The notes beneath the pieces were generated by a model, which was given only the letters and a program-made list of their open reading frames with translations, ran no database searches and was not told where the DNA came from. DNA of 14,854 nucleotides from assembly GCA_029856365.1 (NCBI GenBank), contig JAHQWW010000092.1:1-14854 (forward strand), written 5' to 3'. Shown here piece after piece: positions 7,644 through 14,854 of this stretch (position 1 is the stretch's first letter; every line of letters starts with the position of its first letter). The position numbers and the translations under genes are program-made. The DNA is from Candidatus Hodarchaeota archaeon (GTDB lineage: Archaea; Asgardarchaeota; Heimdallarchaeia; Hodarchaeales; Hodarchaeaceae).

Positions 7644-8789
7644 ATGTTGGATCGCAGTGTATTAACCGCTACCATCGGTTTTCTCTGTGGATGTCTCTTT
7701 TATTATGTTGGAGATGCGAATGTCCTAATGATATTAGTCATGGGGTGTGTTGGATATTTTTTCGGTTTGATTTTGGATAATGCTGATATTAAGCGTCAGT
7801 TAGAGACCTTTTATTTTTCCAACCAATCTACAACGCAAGATGACTTTCGATCAGAAGATATTTCAGAGGCTAATATCGTGTACTCCTCCAAAGAGAACCT
7901 CACGATTGCGATGATTAATTTCCAAGTAGACACCAAACCTCAAGATTTCCGTCTTTCCGTTCTAAAAAATCTTCAAGAACATCAATTCCGAATAGAAGAG
8001 AATTCGGGTAAAACTATCCTCAGTCTTTCGCTAGACTACCCTGAGTGTAATTATCCTCAGTTATTATCTTCAGAAAATCAGACAAAGGAATTTCACTTTG
8101 ATATTCGCGAACGCAGCTTGGACTTTCAAAACGCGGTTAAGAAAATTATTCCAGGATTAGTTTTTGCGCCACTACTTTGCTCTGGTCTGCAACAAGAAGA
8201 AGAGAAACCTCATGATTATCACAATGCTTTATTCGATAGGGCTCCTCAATCACCTCCTTCAAATCGTACCTTTTCATCGCTGTCAAATCTCACCAAAAAG
8301 GATGCTGCCTTCATGGCTCCATCTCCTCAAAAGATAACTGAACCTGAAGAAAGTCAAGACATGATAGATGAGTCTAAAATCATGGAAGATTTACTACCGA
8401 GCTCCCCAAGTGAACCACAGATACCTGATCTATCCCCAGAGAATATTCAGCAATTAAGAAAGCATAATGAACGCCGACTAGAAGCTTTTCTAAACGAGAG
8501 ACCCTTGGAGACCTCATCATCTTTAGTCACAGCTGATAGACTTGCTGGTGGATATCAAGAGGAACCAATAAAGAAAATCACAGAGGCAGAGAATATGGAC
8601 AGCGTAAAAATTGACTTAACAAATTTGAATCATTCGACTAATACGAAACTTAAGCAATTTGATTTAGATATCATTGACAGGATTGATCAACGAAGAAAAC
8701 AAGTAATGAATCAAAGGAAAACTAACCTAGAGATTCAGAAAGAAATAGTTGAAGCCAAGGATGATATTAGTGAACAATTATTGAAATAA
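7644..8789 (+). CDS. Hypothetical membrane-anchored protein (2 N-terminal TM helices, globular domain, P/S/E-rich linker, charged helical C-terminus)
   Basis: Long ORF. TATAAATA at 7601-7608 lies inside the track's TTG-7590 extension, favouring ATG 7644. Two Gly-rich hydrophobic segments at the N-terminus. Confidence 0.8.
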   Translation: MLDRSVLTATIGFLCGCLFYYVGDANVLMILVMGCVGYFFGLILDNADIKRQLETFYFSNQSTTQDDFRSEDISEANIVYSSKENLTIAMINFQVDTKPQDFRLSVLKNLQEHQFRIEENSGKTILSLSLDYPECNYPQLLSSENQTKEFHFDIRERSLDFQNAVKKIIPGLVFAPLLCSGLQQEEEKPHDYHNALFDRAPQSPPSNRTFSSLSNLTKKDAAFMAPSPQKITEPEESQDMIDESKIMEDLLPSSPSEPQIPDLSPENIQQLRKHNERRLEAFLNERPLETSSSLVTADRLAGGYQEEPIKKITEAENMDSVKIDLTNLNHSTNTKLKQFDLDIIDRIDQRRKQVMNQRKTNLEIQKEIVEAKDDISEQLLK

Positions 8790-8891
8790 AGGCTTACTAT
8801 CCAAAAAAAGCCCTCCTGAGTATTTAAATTTAGCTAATTTCATTGTTTTACTAATGGGATTCTTCTCTCCATGGTTACCCCAATGATTTAT

Positions 8892-10397
8892 TCATTGACT
8901 AGTAGGTTTAGAAGATATGGCAGCGATTTTTTGATCCGTTGGCAAGTCCGTTAAGGTTTTTCGTTGAGGAATGCGGAAATTAGTAAAACTAGCGATCATC
9001 ACTCCGAAATAAGTTAAATAAAAAACAAATGCAGAGGAATTATGAAGAAATATGAAGAGAGTGATGAAGAAAAAAATTGCTAATCCTCCTTCTATTAATT
9101 TAACCCCTGTTTCAGTTTTTGGAATAGCCTTTGAATGTCTTTGGACTCGGTAGAAGTCTCTTTCACCTCCAAAAAGACCACTCACAAATGCTAAAACGCC
9201 TGGAACGAGACACACAATCCCATTTAATGGTAATAGTAGATAGAAGAAAAGATCGCTAATAGGTCCATATCTATAAACCATATATAATAAAAAGAATGTA
9301 CTTATACTCCCCAATAATGAAAAGATCCCGAGAGTAATACCAATCCATGACCCGAATGAGATATCATAATAATAAACCCAAAACAAAATGAATGGAAGAA
9401 GAATAAGCAATAAGGGTAAAGCAGGTCCTAATATTGCCTTGATTAATATCTGGTAATTGAGGAGGAACTTTCGTCGATTATCAGAATCATGAATAATTTT
9501 TTTGATGTATTGACTTTGTCCATGAGCTAAGCGTGCCCACTTCTTTTTGCCATCTTTGAGGCTGTATATTACTCCCTCATCATATACAACAGCCTGACTC
9601 TCAAACCATGCTCTCCATTTTCCAATAGTCGTGGCATAATACCCCATACAAGCATCCTCCTGTGTTGTATCCCAACGGAATTGTTCAACTACTTCCCGTC
9701 GAAGAGCAACACCATTTCCTAAGAAACTTACTGGGATACCAACAACTGATTCAATAAAATTCTTAATGAAGTAAAAATGATTTGTGAGTCGTACCCAACA
9801 AGCAAAAATATCTTTATGACGAGTGTGCACAGTTGGACGAGGTAAAACCAATCCGATCTCCTTTCGTGAAAAATGTGGAACAATATAACTTAAATAGTCT
9901 GAGTCAAGATAGGTATCCCCATCAACTACTATAAAAATATCACCTCTACTCTTTTTTGTAACAGAGTTTAATGATCCAGCCTTAAATTGGGTTGAAGTAT
10001 CAGTATGATCACCAAAACGATTAACAAAAATGATTGAAACCTTCATTAAGGTCTTCATTCTAAATTCCTTAACAACTGATTTTAAAGCATCAATGATGTC
10101 ATGATCATCACTCTGATCCAAGATGAGAATTTCAATTCGATCTTCTGGGTACTTTTGCAGATAGATGCTTTCAAGAATCATATGAATCATTTCTGGACGT
10201 TCATTGTAAATAGGTATTTGAAATGTTACCATGGGAAAATAATCTTTAGGAAAATCAAACTGGAACCGTCCATTACGTAATCGAATGAAAATAAAACGAA
10301 GAAAAATTTGAAGAAAGTTCAAAGCCCAAATATTGAGCAATATGATGACGGTTAGATACATTCCGATGATGATCTCTCTCATTTGGTCATCCTCCAT
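8892..10397 (-). CDS. GT2 glycosyltransferase, cellulose-synthase-like (CESA/CslA-like), membrane-integral
   Basis: VTFQIPIYNE, ILDQSDD, FKAGSLN, DGD (DxD), GNGVALRRE and QED motifs. One N-terminal and several C-terminal TM helices. Confidence 0.88.
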   Translation of the reverse strand: MEDDQMREIIIGMYLTVIILLNIWALNFLQIFLRFIFIRLRNGRFQFDFPKDYFPMVTFQIPIYNERPEMIHMILESIYLQKYPEDRIEILILDQSDDHDIIDALKSVVKEFRMKTLMKVSIIFVNRFGDHTDTSTQFKAGSLNSVTKKSRGDIFIVVDGDTYLDSDYLSYIVPHFSRKEIGLVLPRPTVHTRHKDIFACWVRLTNHFYFIKNFIESVVGIPVSFLGNGVALRREVVEQFRWDTTQEDACMGYYATTIGKWRAWFESQAVVYDEGVIYSLKDGKKKWARLAHGQSQYIKKIIHDSDNRRKFLLNYQILIKAILGPALPLLLILLPFILFWVYYYDISFGSWIGITLGIFSLLGSISTFFLLYMVYRYGPISDLFFYLLLPLNGIVCLVPGVLAFVSGLFGGERDFYRVQRHSKAIPKTETGVKLIEGGLAIFFFITLFIFLHNSSAFVFYLTYFGVMIASFTNFRIPQRKTLTDLPTDQKIAAISSKPTSQ

Positions 10398-10481
10398 GTA
10401 AATTATCTGAATATACCTATTTTATTATTTTTTTTAATACTTTTTACACGTATAGAGTAAAGCAAATCTGTACATTCCAAG

Positions 10482-10521
10482 AAATAAAAAGAAAATAGTT
10501 ATAAGAAAAAAAGGGGGAGAA
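10482..10521 (-). terminator. Pyrimidine/oligo-T tract after the ABC permease (archaeal-type terminator)
   Basis: The minus strand reads TTCTCCCCCTTTTTTTCTTATAACTATTTTCTTTTTATTT, starting about 15 nt after the stop at 10537. Confidence 0.45.
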
Positions 10522-10536
10522 ATGAGTGCAGCTTCT

Positions 10537-12918
10537 TCAACCTATAATTCTACTCACGGTTTCTTCTGAAATCGAAGTTCGGAAGAGTGATCGGAGCGAA
10601 AAATAAGTTGCTAAGACAATTCCAAGACCTACATTCGCAATTGTTATGACAATACTAACAGGAGATAACTCAAAAATAAGGATCACACCAACTGTTGCGG
10701 CAAAGTCATATAGGGCGTTTGTCAGAAAAAGACTGCCAATAAAACCAAAAACTACACCGCCTATCCCAGCGATTATAAGTTCTAGCAGAATTGTAGAAAA
10801 TAATTCCTTGTTTGACACTCCCAGCGCTCTGAAACTGATGAAGTCGTGTTTACGTTCAGAAATAGAAATAGAAACTATTGTTACAGCAATAGAAACACCA
10901 ACTAATAATCCAGCAAACAACGCGAGTGAAATTAGTAACATAGTCAAAGAGTTGACCAACTCAATAGTTTCCTTGAGATCATTCTTATTAATAACTTTGT
11001 GTACTTCAGACTCTGATTCTAATTTTGATGAAAGCTGGTCTGGATCAGAAGCTTTGATGAAAAGGATATTCGAATCACTGTTATCTAATTCAGCCAACAT
11101 GCGTGCTGTTTCGATTGTACAGTAAATCCCTGATCCTGATAAATCATTTAGAATGTTTCCAACTGTTAAGGTATGAGTTGCATTAAAAACTTTAATACTA
11201 ATATCATCTCCTATTCCAACCTTAAACTTAAGAGCTAAGTCTTTAGTTATAGCAAGTTCTCCTTCTGCTGGGAATATATCTTTATCAAAACGCCGCATGT
11301 TAGAATTAGGAATTAAACCAGTTAAACTATAAATACGTGACAAGTCTTGTGAAAAACGAAAAGGTACTAGTACGGCTGATTCATTTTCATTAATCTGTCC
11401 GGCATTTTCTTCAAGTATGGTTGAGATTTGGCTTTCATTTTGATAATTTCGGAAAATAACTTGAATATCCCAATTTTGATAATAGTTAATCTGCTTATCG
11501 TAACCTGAATAATAATTAAAGGTTACATTTGTCCCAAAGAACGAAATAAATGTTGCTAAAAAGATACCTGCGAGAATAAAGATGGATTTTCGTTTGTCTT
11601 GAAAAAGAGAACGAATAGAAAATTTCGTTAAAGGAGAAAGTGAACGAAACTTTGTGGCAATACGTTCAACGAAGGTTAACTTACCAGGATCAAATTTAGC
11701 TTTCGGTTTCATGGCATCTAAAGGCCGCATTCTAAAGATCTTTCGGACAGCAAAGAGGGAACCTATAGAAGTCAGGATACAAGTAAGAAGAAAGTAGCAA
11801 ACTGCAGGTAGTAATGAAATCGGAGATATTCCTCCAACATTTGGTAATTTCTTAATGCCTGATAACTCAAAAATCATATAATCACTTAGGCTAATTCCAA
11901 CAATAGCACCACATAGAGATCCAATAATCCCACCAATTAAGCTGATGATCAATGAATAAATGATAGTACTTATTATTAATTCTCGATTTGTGAACCCTAA
12001 TGATTTGAAAAGACCCAAAGTTGGAAGCTCTTCTTCTATAATTCGTTTCAAAACTATGAATAGTAAGATCGCAGCTATCCCAGTAAATGCTATGGCCATT
12101 ATGATCCCCATACCTAGCAACTCTAAACCTATTATTTCGATGTACCAATTTCTTCCCTCAGTATTTATTATATTCTCTTCCCCTAATACTGTAATTAGTT
12201 CCCCTAAAAACAGATTTTTCTTTGATGGATCTTTAAAGTGAAATACCATTTGATTGGCTTGTACTTCATTATTTGTAATACTCAGTAAATCAGTGTACCG
12301 CATCCAAATAACAGGACCAGACCAAAAATCAAAAAATTCTGCTGCTGCCGCTCCTGGTGCCACCAGATATTCTGGTGAATCTACATATGCTATTGCACTC
12401 ACCATAAAAGGTTCGACACCTTCAATACCAGATATTATGAGATCACTACCCACTTGCCAGTCATTGAGTTCAGCTGTATATTTGTCTATTACTGACACAT
12501 TAGGGGAACTAGGCTCATCCAATGTTACATCTGAATAATAATATAACATATCTACATGTAAGGGTCGCGTACCGTTTATTCCGTAAAGTTGTGTTGTAAT
12601 TCCTGATTCTTCTGTACCTTTACTAACTTTTACTTCAAGAAAGGATCGAACTTCAAAATCAGGATCCAATCCAGTATTTGTTTTGACTTGATTTACTATT
12701 CGTGTAAGATTTTTTGCCTCCATTGGGTTCACAGTTACAAGAAGATGATGATACCTTTGGTTTCCCCAAGAAGCGTTTGTAGCTTCAAACCATGTGACAT
12801 AAATATTACTATACATGATTGAGGCTATACCACCAATAATGATGACAATAAATATCGGAATAGATCGAATTTTCTTACGTTTCAAATCTCTCCAAGCCTT
12901 TAGAAAAAATAACTTCAT
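10537..12918 (-). CDS. ABC transporter permease, FtsX/MacB-like, duplicated architecture
   Basis: Two halves, each TM + large extracytoplasmic domain + 3 TM, with LGLFKSLGF and ERKHDFISFRALG motifs. GAGGTG RBS favours ATG 12918 over GTG 12927. Confidence 0.9.
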   Translation of the reverse strand: MKLFFLKAWRDLKRKKIRSIPIFIVIIIGGIASIMYSNIYVTWFEATNASWGNQRYHHLLVTVNPMEAKNLTRIVNQVKTNTGLDPDFEVRSFLEVKVSKGTEESGITTQLYGINGTRPLHVDMLYYYSDVTLDEPSSPNVSVIDKYTAELNDWQVGSDLIISGIEGVEPFMVSAIAYVDSPEYLVAPGAAAAEFFDFWSGPVIWMRYTDLLSITNNEVQANQMVFHFKDPSKKNLFLGELITVLGEENIINTEGRNWYIEIIGLELLGMGIIMAIAFTGIAAILLFIVLKRIIEEELPTLGLFKSLGFTNRELIISTIIYSLIISLIGGIIGSLCGAIVGISLSDYMIFELSGIKKLPNVGGISPISLLPAVCYFLLTCILTSIGSLFAVRKIFRMRPLDAMKPKAKFDPGKLTFVERIATKFRSLSPLTKFSIRSLFQDKRKSIFILAGIFLATFISFFGTNVTFNYYSGYDKQINYYQNWDIQVIFRNYQNESQISTILEENAGQINENESAVLVPFRFSQDLSRIYSLTGLIPNSNMRRFDKDIFPAEGELAITKDLALKFKVGIGDDISIKVFNATHTLTVGNILNDLSGSGIYCTIETARMLAELDNSDSNILFIKASDPDQLSSKLESESEVHKVINKNDLKETIELVNSLTMLLISLALFAGLLVGVSIAVTIVSISISERKHDFISFRALGVSNKELFSTILLELIIAGIGGVVFGFIGSLFLTNALYDFAATVGVILIFELSPVSIVITIANVGLGIVLATYFSLRSLFRTSISEETVSRIIG

Positions 12919-12936
12919 TTTAAACACCTCAATAAG

Positions 12937-13677
12937 TTATACTTTTTCAATAGCTGGAGCTGCGGTGAGTGTTTCCCAAAACTCTTCTTCTTTGGCTGGA
13001 TCATATGCAGAAGTGCCGAAAATTTTTCCATCACGTAAATAAATGACTTTATCTGCTAGATATGAAATACCTACGTTGTGTGTTATCAGCACCATTGTAA
13101 CATGGTGCATTTCGTTGATCTGTTTAAGTAATTTCAAGATTTTTCCTGTTGTTTCGCTGTCTATGTTTCCTGTTGGTTCATCTGCTAATAATATCCTAGG
13201 TTTTTTGGCCAATGCCCTTGCAATCGCTACTCGTTGTTGTTCACCGCCACTAAGCTGTGCAGGGAACTTGTTAATTTTATCTTTTAGACCAACTTCTTCT
13301 AGTAGTTCTTTCGTAATTTTTTGTGCTTTGTGAGAGGTATTAGTGAGTTTAGCTGCTAGTTCTACATTTTCAAATGCTGTGAGAGATGAAACAAGGTTAT
13401 AGAACTGAAAAATAAATCCTACATTTTTTCGACGATATTGAGTCAATTTCTTCTCAGAGAGAGAAGACAATTCCACATCATGGAAGTGTATCTTACCATC
13501 AGTCGGACGATCAATGCCTCCTAAAAGGTTCAATAATGTTGTTTTTCCAGAACCTGAAGGGCCTAAAACTGCTATGAATTGGCCCTCTTCAAAAGAAATG
13601 GTGATCTCTTGAAGAGCAGGAACCGTTAATTCGCCCATAATATAATCTTTTGATAAATTTTCTAGTCTGAGTGACAT
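12937..13677 (-). CDS. ABC transporter ATP-binding protein (LolD/MacB-like)
   Basis: [43 protein letters not shown] and ITHN motifs. Confidence 0.96.
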   Translation of the reverse strand: MSLRLENLSKDYIMGELTVPALQEITISFEEGQFIAVLGPSGSGKTTLLNLLGGIDRPTDGKIHFHDVELSSLSEKKLTQYRRKNVGFIFQFYNLVSSLTAFENVELAAKLTNTSHKAQKITKELLEEVGLKDKINKFPAQLSGGEQQRVAIARALAKKPRILLADEPTGNIDSETTGKILKLLKQINEMHHVTMVLITHNVGISYLADKVIYLRDGKIFGTSAYDPAKEEEFWETLTAAPAIEKV

Positions 13678-13710
13678 GGATTAACACCATTTAGCGAATT
13701 TTCATGAGGA

Positions 13711-13778
13711 TATTTATAGTAAACAGGGAAATAAGAGTTTTCTACCCTATAAAATATCTCTTTTTTATAGGTAAACAG
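13711..13778 (-). promoter_or_regulatory. ABC operon promoter: TATA box plus palindrome and direct repeat
   Basis: Minus-strand TATAAATA at 13711-13718. Inverted repeat CCTATAAAA-N8-TTTTATAGG at 13746-13771. TTTATAG(G)TAAACAG repeated at 13713 and 13764. Confidence 0.5.
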
Positions 13779-14014
13779 TTACTTTCAATTAATCGCCAAT
13801 ATAGTATTAGGATAGTGTTTTTTGATTTTTTGGCTAAAATTGAGGTAAACGTTGCTATACCTCAAAGACTCAAACTAACAGCAGTATGAATTTTCCATAT
13901 AGAAAACGATAATTAGAAAATTATACTTCTTCCACTTTGAGTAGAATTTCAATTGAAGTCCATCTATTTACTTCTGGCATTAAAAACTAAAAATATGTCA
14001 ATAACACCCAATAT

Positions 14015-14060
14015 GAAAAAATATTTAAGTACAAAAGTACTTATGTCCACTTGTAGGTGT
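14015..14060 (+). promoter_or_regulatory. BRE/TATA promoter with overlapping operator array
   Basis: GAAAAAA-TATTTAAG. Perfect IR TAAGTAC-AAAA-GTACTTA at 14026-14043. GTAC/GTAC/GTCC/GTAG at 14029/14037/14045/14053. AGGTG RBS at 14055-14059. Confidence 0.6.
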
Positions 14061-14067
14061 TTTTTGG

Positions 14068-14463
14068 TTGGCTACTATAAAAGGTGAAATCCCGCCAGAA
14101 TTAGAAGAAGAGTTTCGTAAAGTCATTGCACTCAAATATGGATTAAAAAAAGGTAATATCTCATTAGCTCTACAAAATGCCATTGAGGAGTGGATTTTAA
14201 AGCAAAAAAGAGTGTTAAAAACTGATAAAAAGCAAACTGAATTAATCCTAAAACAAATTCGAAGTGAATTTCCAAATCAATTTACAGCTATTGATGAAAA
14301 GGGAGTTTTAATCGCACATGGAAGCTCGCTTACTGAATTATATCAGAAACTTGATTTAAGTATTATTCTACGCGTCATTGAACCAGAAAATTCACGTTTA
14401 AATGTAGTGTATAAAAAAAGACAAATGGGTTGGGATTTAATCCGCAAAATCCAGGTGAAATAA
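14068..14463 (+). CDS. Ribbon-helix-helix (CopG-like) domain fused to DUF5678-like domain; antitoxin-like regulator
   Basis: N-terminal TIKGEIPPELEEEFRK...KKGNISLALQNAIEEWI fits strand-helix-helix. C-terminal FPNQFTAIDEKGVLIAHGSSLTELYQKL resembles DUF5678. TTG start with RBS. Confidence 0.75.
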   Translation: MATIKGEIPPELEEEFRKVIALKYGLKKGNISLALQNAIEEWILKQKRVLKTDKKQTELILKQIRSEFPNQFTAIDEKGVLIAHGSSLTELYQKLDLSIILRVIEPENSRLNVVYKKRQMGWDLIRKIQVK

Positions 14464-14854
14464 ATGAATTGTTATCCATTTTATCCTTCTGATTATCGCG
14501 TTGAAGAGTTTATCCTAGATCTTGAACTCTATTCACCGTTAAAAAAAGAATGGATAAAATACAATAATATCTTAATAGATACTGGGTACGATGGAGATAT
14601 CCTTATTCCTATAACAGATTTCGAGGAAAATGGTTTCAACAAAGTTTTAACACTAGAAACAGACCAATGGAAAGCTGAATCTGTATCTGGAGAGGAAATT
14701 CGCTTGATATCCTCATTTTCAGAAATGAAAATTAATGGGTCTAAAGTCGAAACTCTTGTGGAATCTTTTATCGGGAATAATTCACTCTTAGTAGGGAGAG
14801 GTATATTAGTTCAGTTAATAACTACTATAGATGGTAAAGAAAAACAAACATGCA
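14464..14854 (+). CDS. Clan AA (retropepsin-like) aspartic protease, AF_0612-like; 3'-truncated by window edge
   Basis: ATG directly follows the upstream TAA and the frame is open to the window end: MNCYPFYPSDYRVEEFILDLELYSPLKKEWIKYNNILIDTGYDGDILIP...AESVSGEE...SLLVGRGILVQLITTIDGKEKQTC. It has the DTG catalytic motif, a flap and the LLVGR motif. Confidence 0.88.
   Translation, partial: MNCYPFYPSDYRVEEFILDLELYSPLKKEWIKYNNILIDTGYDGDILIPITDFEENGFNKVLTLETDQWKAESVSGEEIRLISSFSEMKINGSKVETLVESFIGNNSLLVGRGILVQLITTIDGKEKQTC

Noticed and set aside
10646-13333. Plus-strand ORFs of 75-159 aa
   Set aside because: Antisense shadows of the ABC genes. The same applies to the short ORFs inside luxC, the nuclease, the membrane protein and the helicase.
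13704-13889. 61-aa plus-strand ORF
   Set aside because: It lies over the divergent promoter and has the I/F/K-rich composition typical of AT-rich non-coding DNA.
1-14854. CRISPR array, tRNA/rRNA, transposase or integrase
   Set aside because: I saw no regularly spaced repeats, cloverleaf-like sequences or recombinase motifs.

Overview
This is an AT-rich prokaryotic window with archaeal hallmarks: TATA-like boxes about 20-45 nt upstream of starts, GGTG/GGAGG RBS and oligo-T tracts. An Asgard-type origin is my inference only. The + strand arm carries, in order: the 3' end of a LuxE-family acyl-protein synthetase (missed by the ORF track), a LuxC acyl-CoA reductase, a small tandem Cys-repeat protein that looks frameshifted, a PD-(D/E)xK-fold nuclease-like protein, an 86-aa hypothetical coupled to an M50/zincin-like membrane protein lacking the catalytic Glu, an unannotated 51-aa ORF with a PIP-box-like motif, a TPR-fused DEAH/DUF1998 (MrfA/Hrq-like) helicase and a 2-TM hypothetical. 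The - strand arm carries a MacB/LolD-type ABC ATPase, an FtsX-type permease and a CESA-like GT2 with degenerate motifs. At the right end is a tightly coupled RHH+DUF5678-like protein / clan AA aspartic protease pair (protease missed by the track). It is preceded by an 8-bp periodic GTAC operator array, so it has toxin-antitoxin-like architecture. All family calls come from motif recognition by eye, not from database searches.
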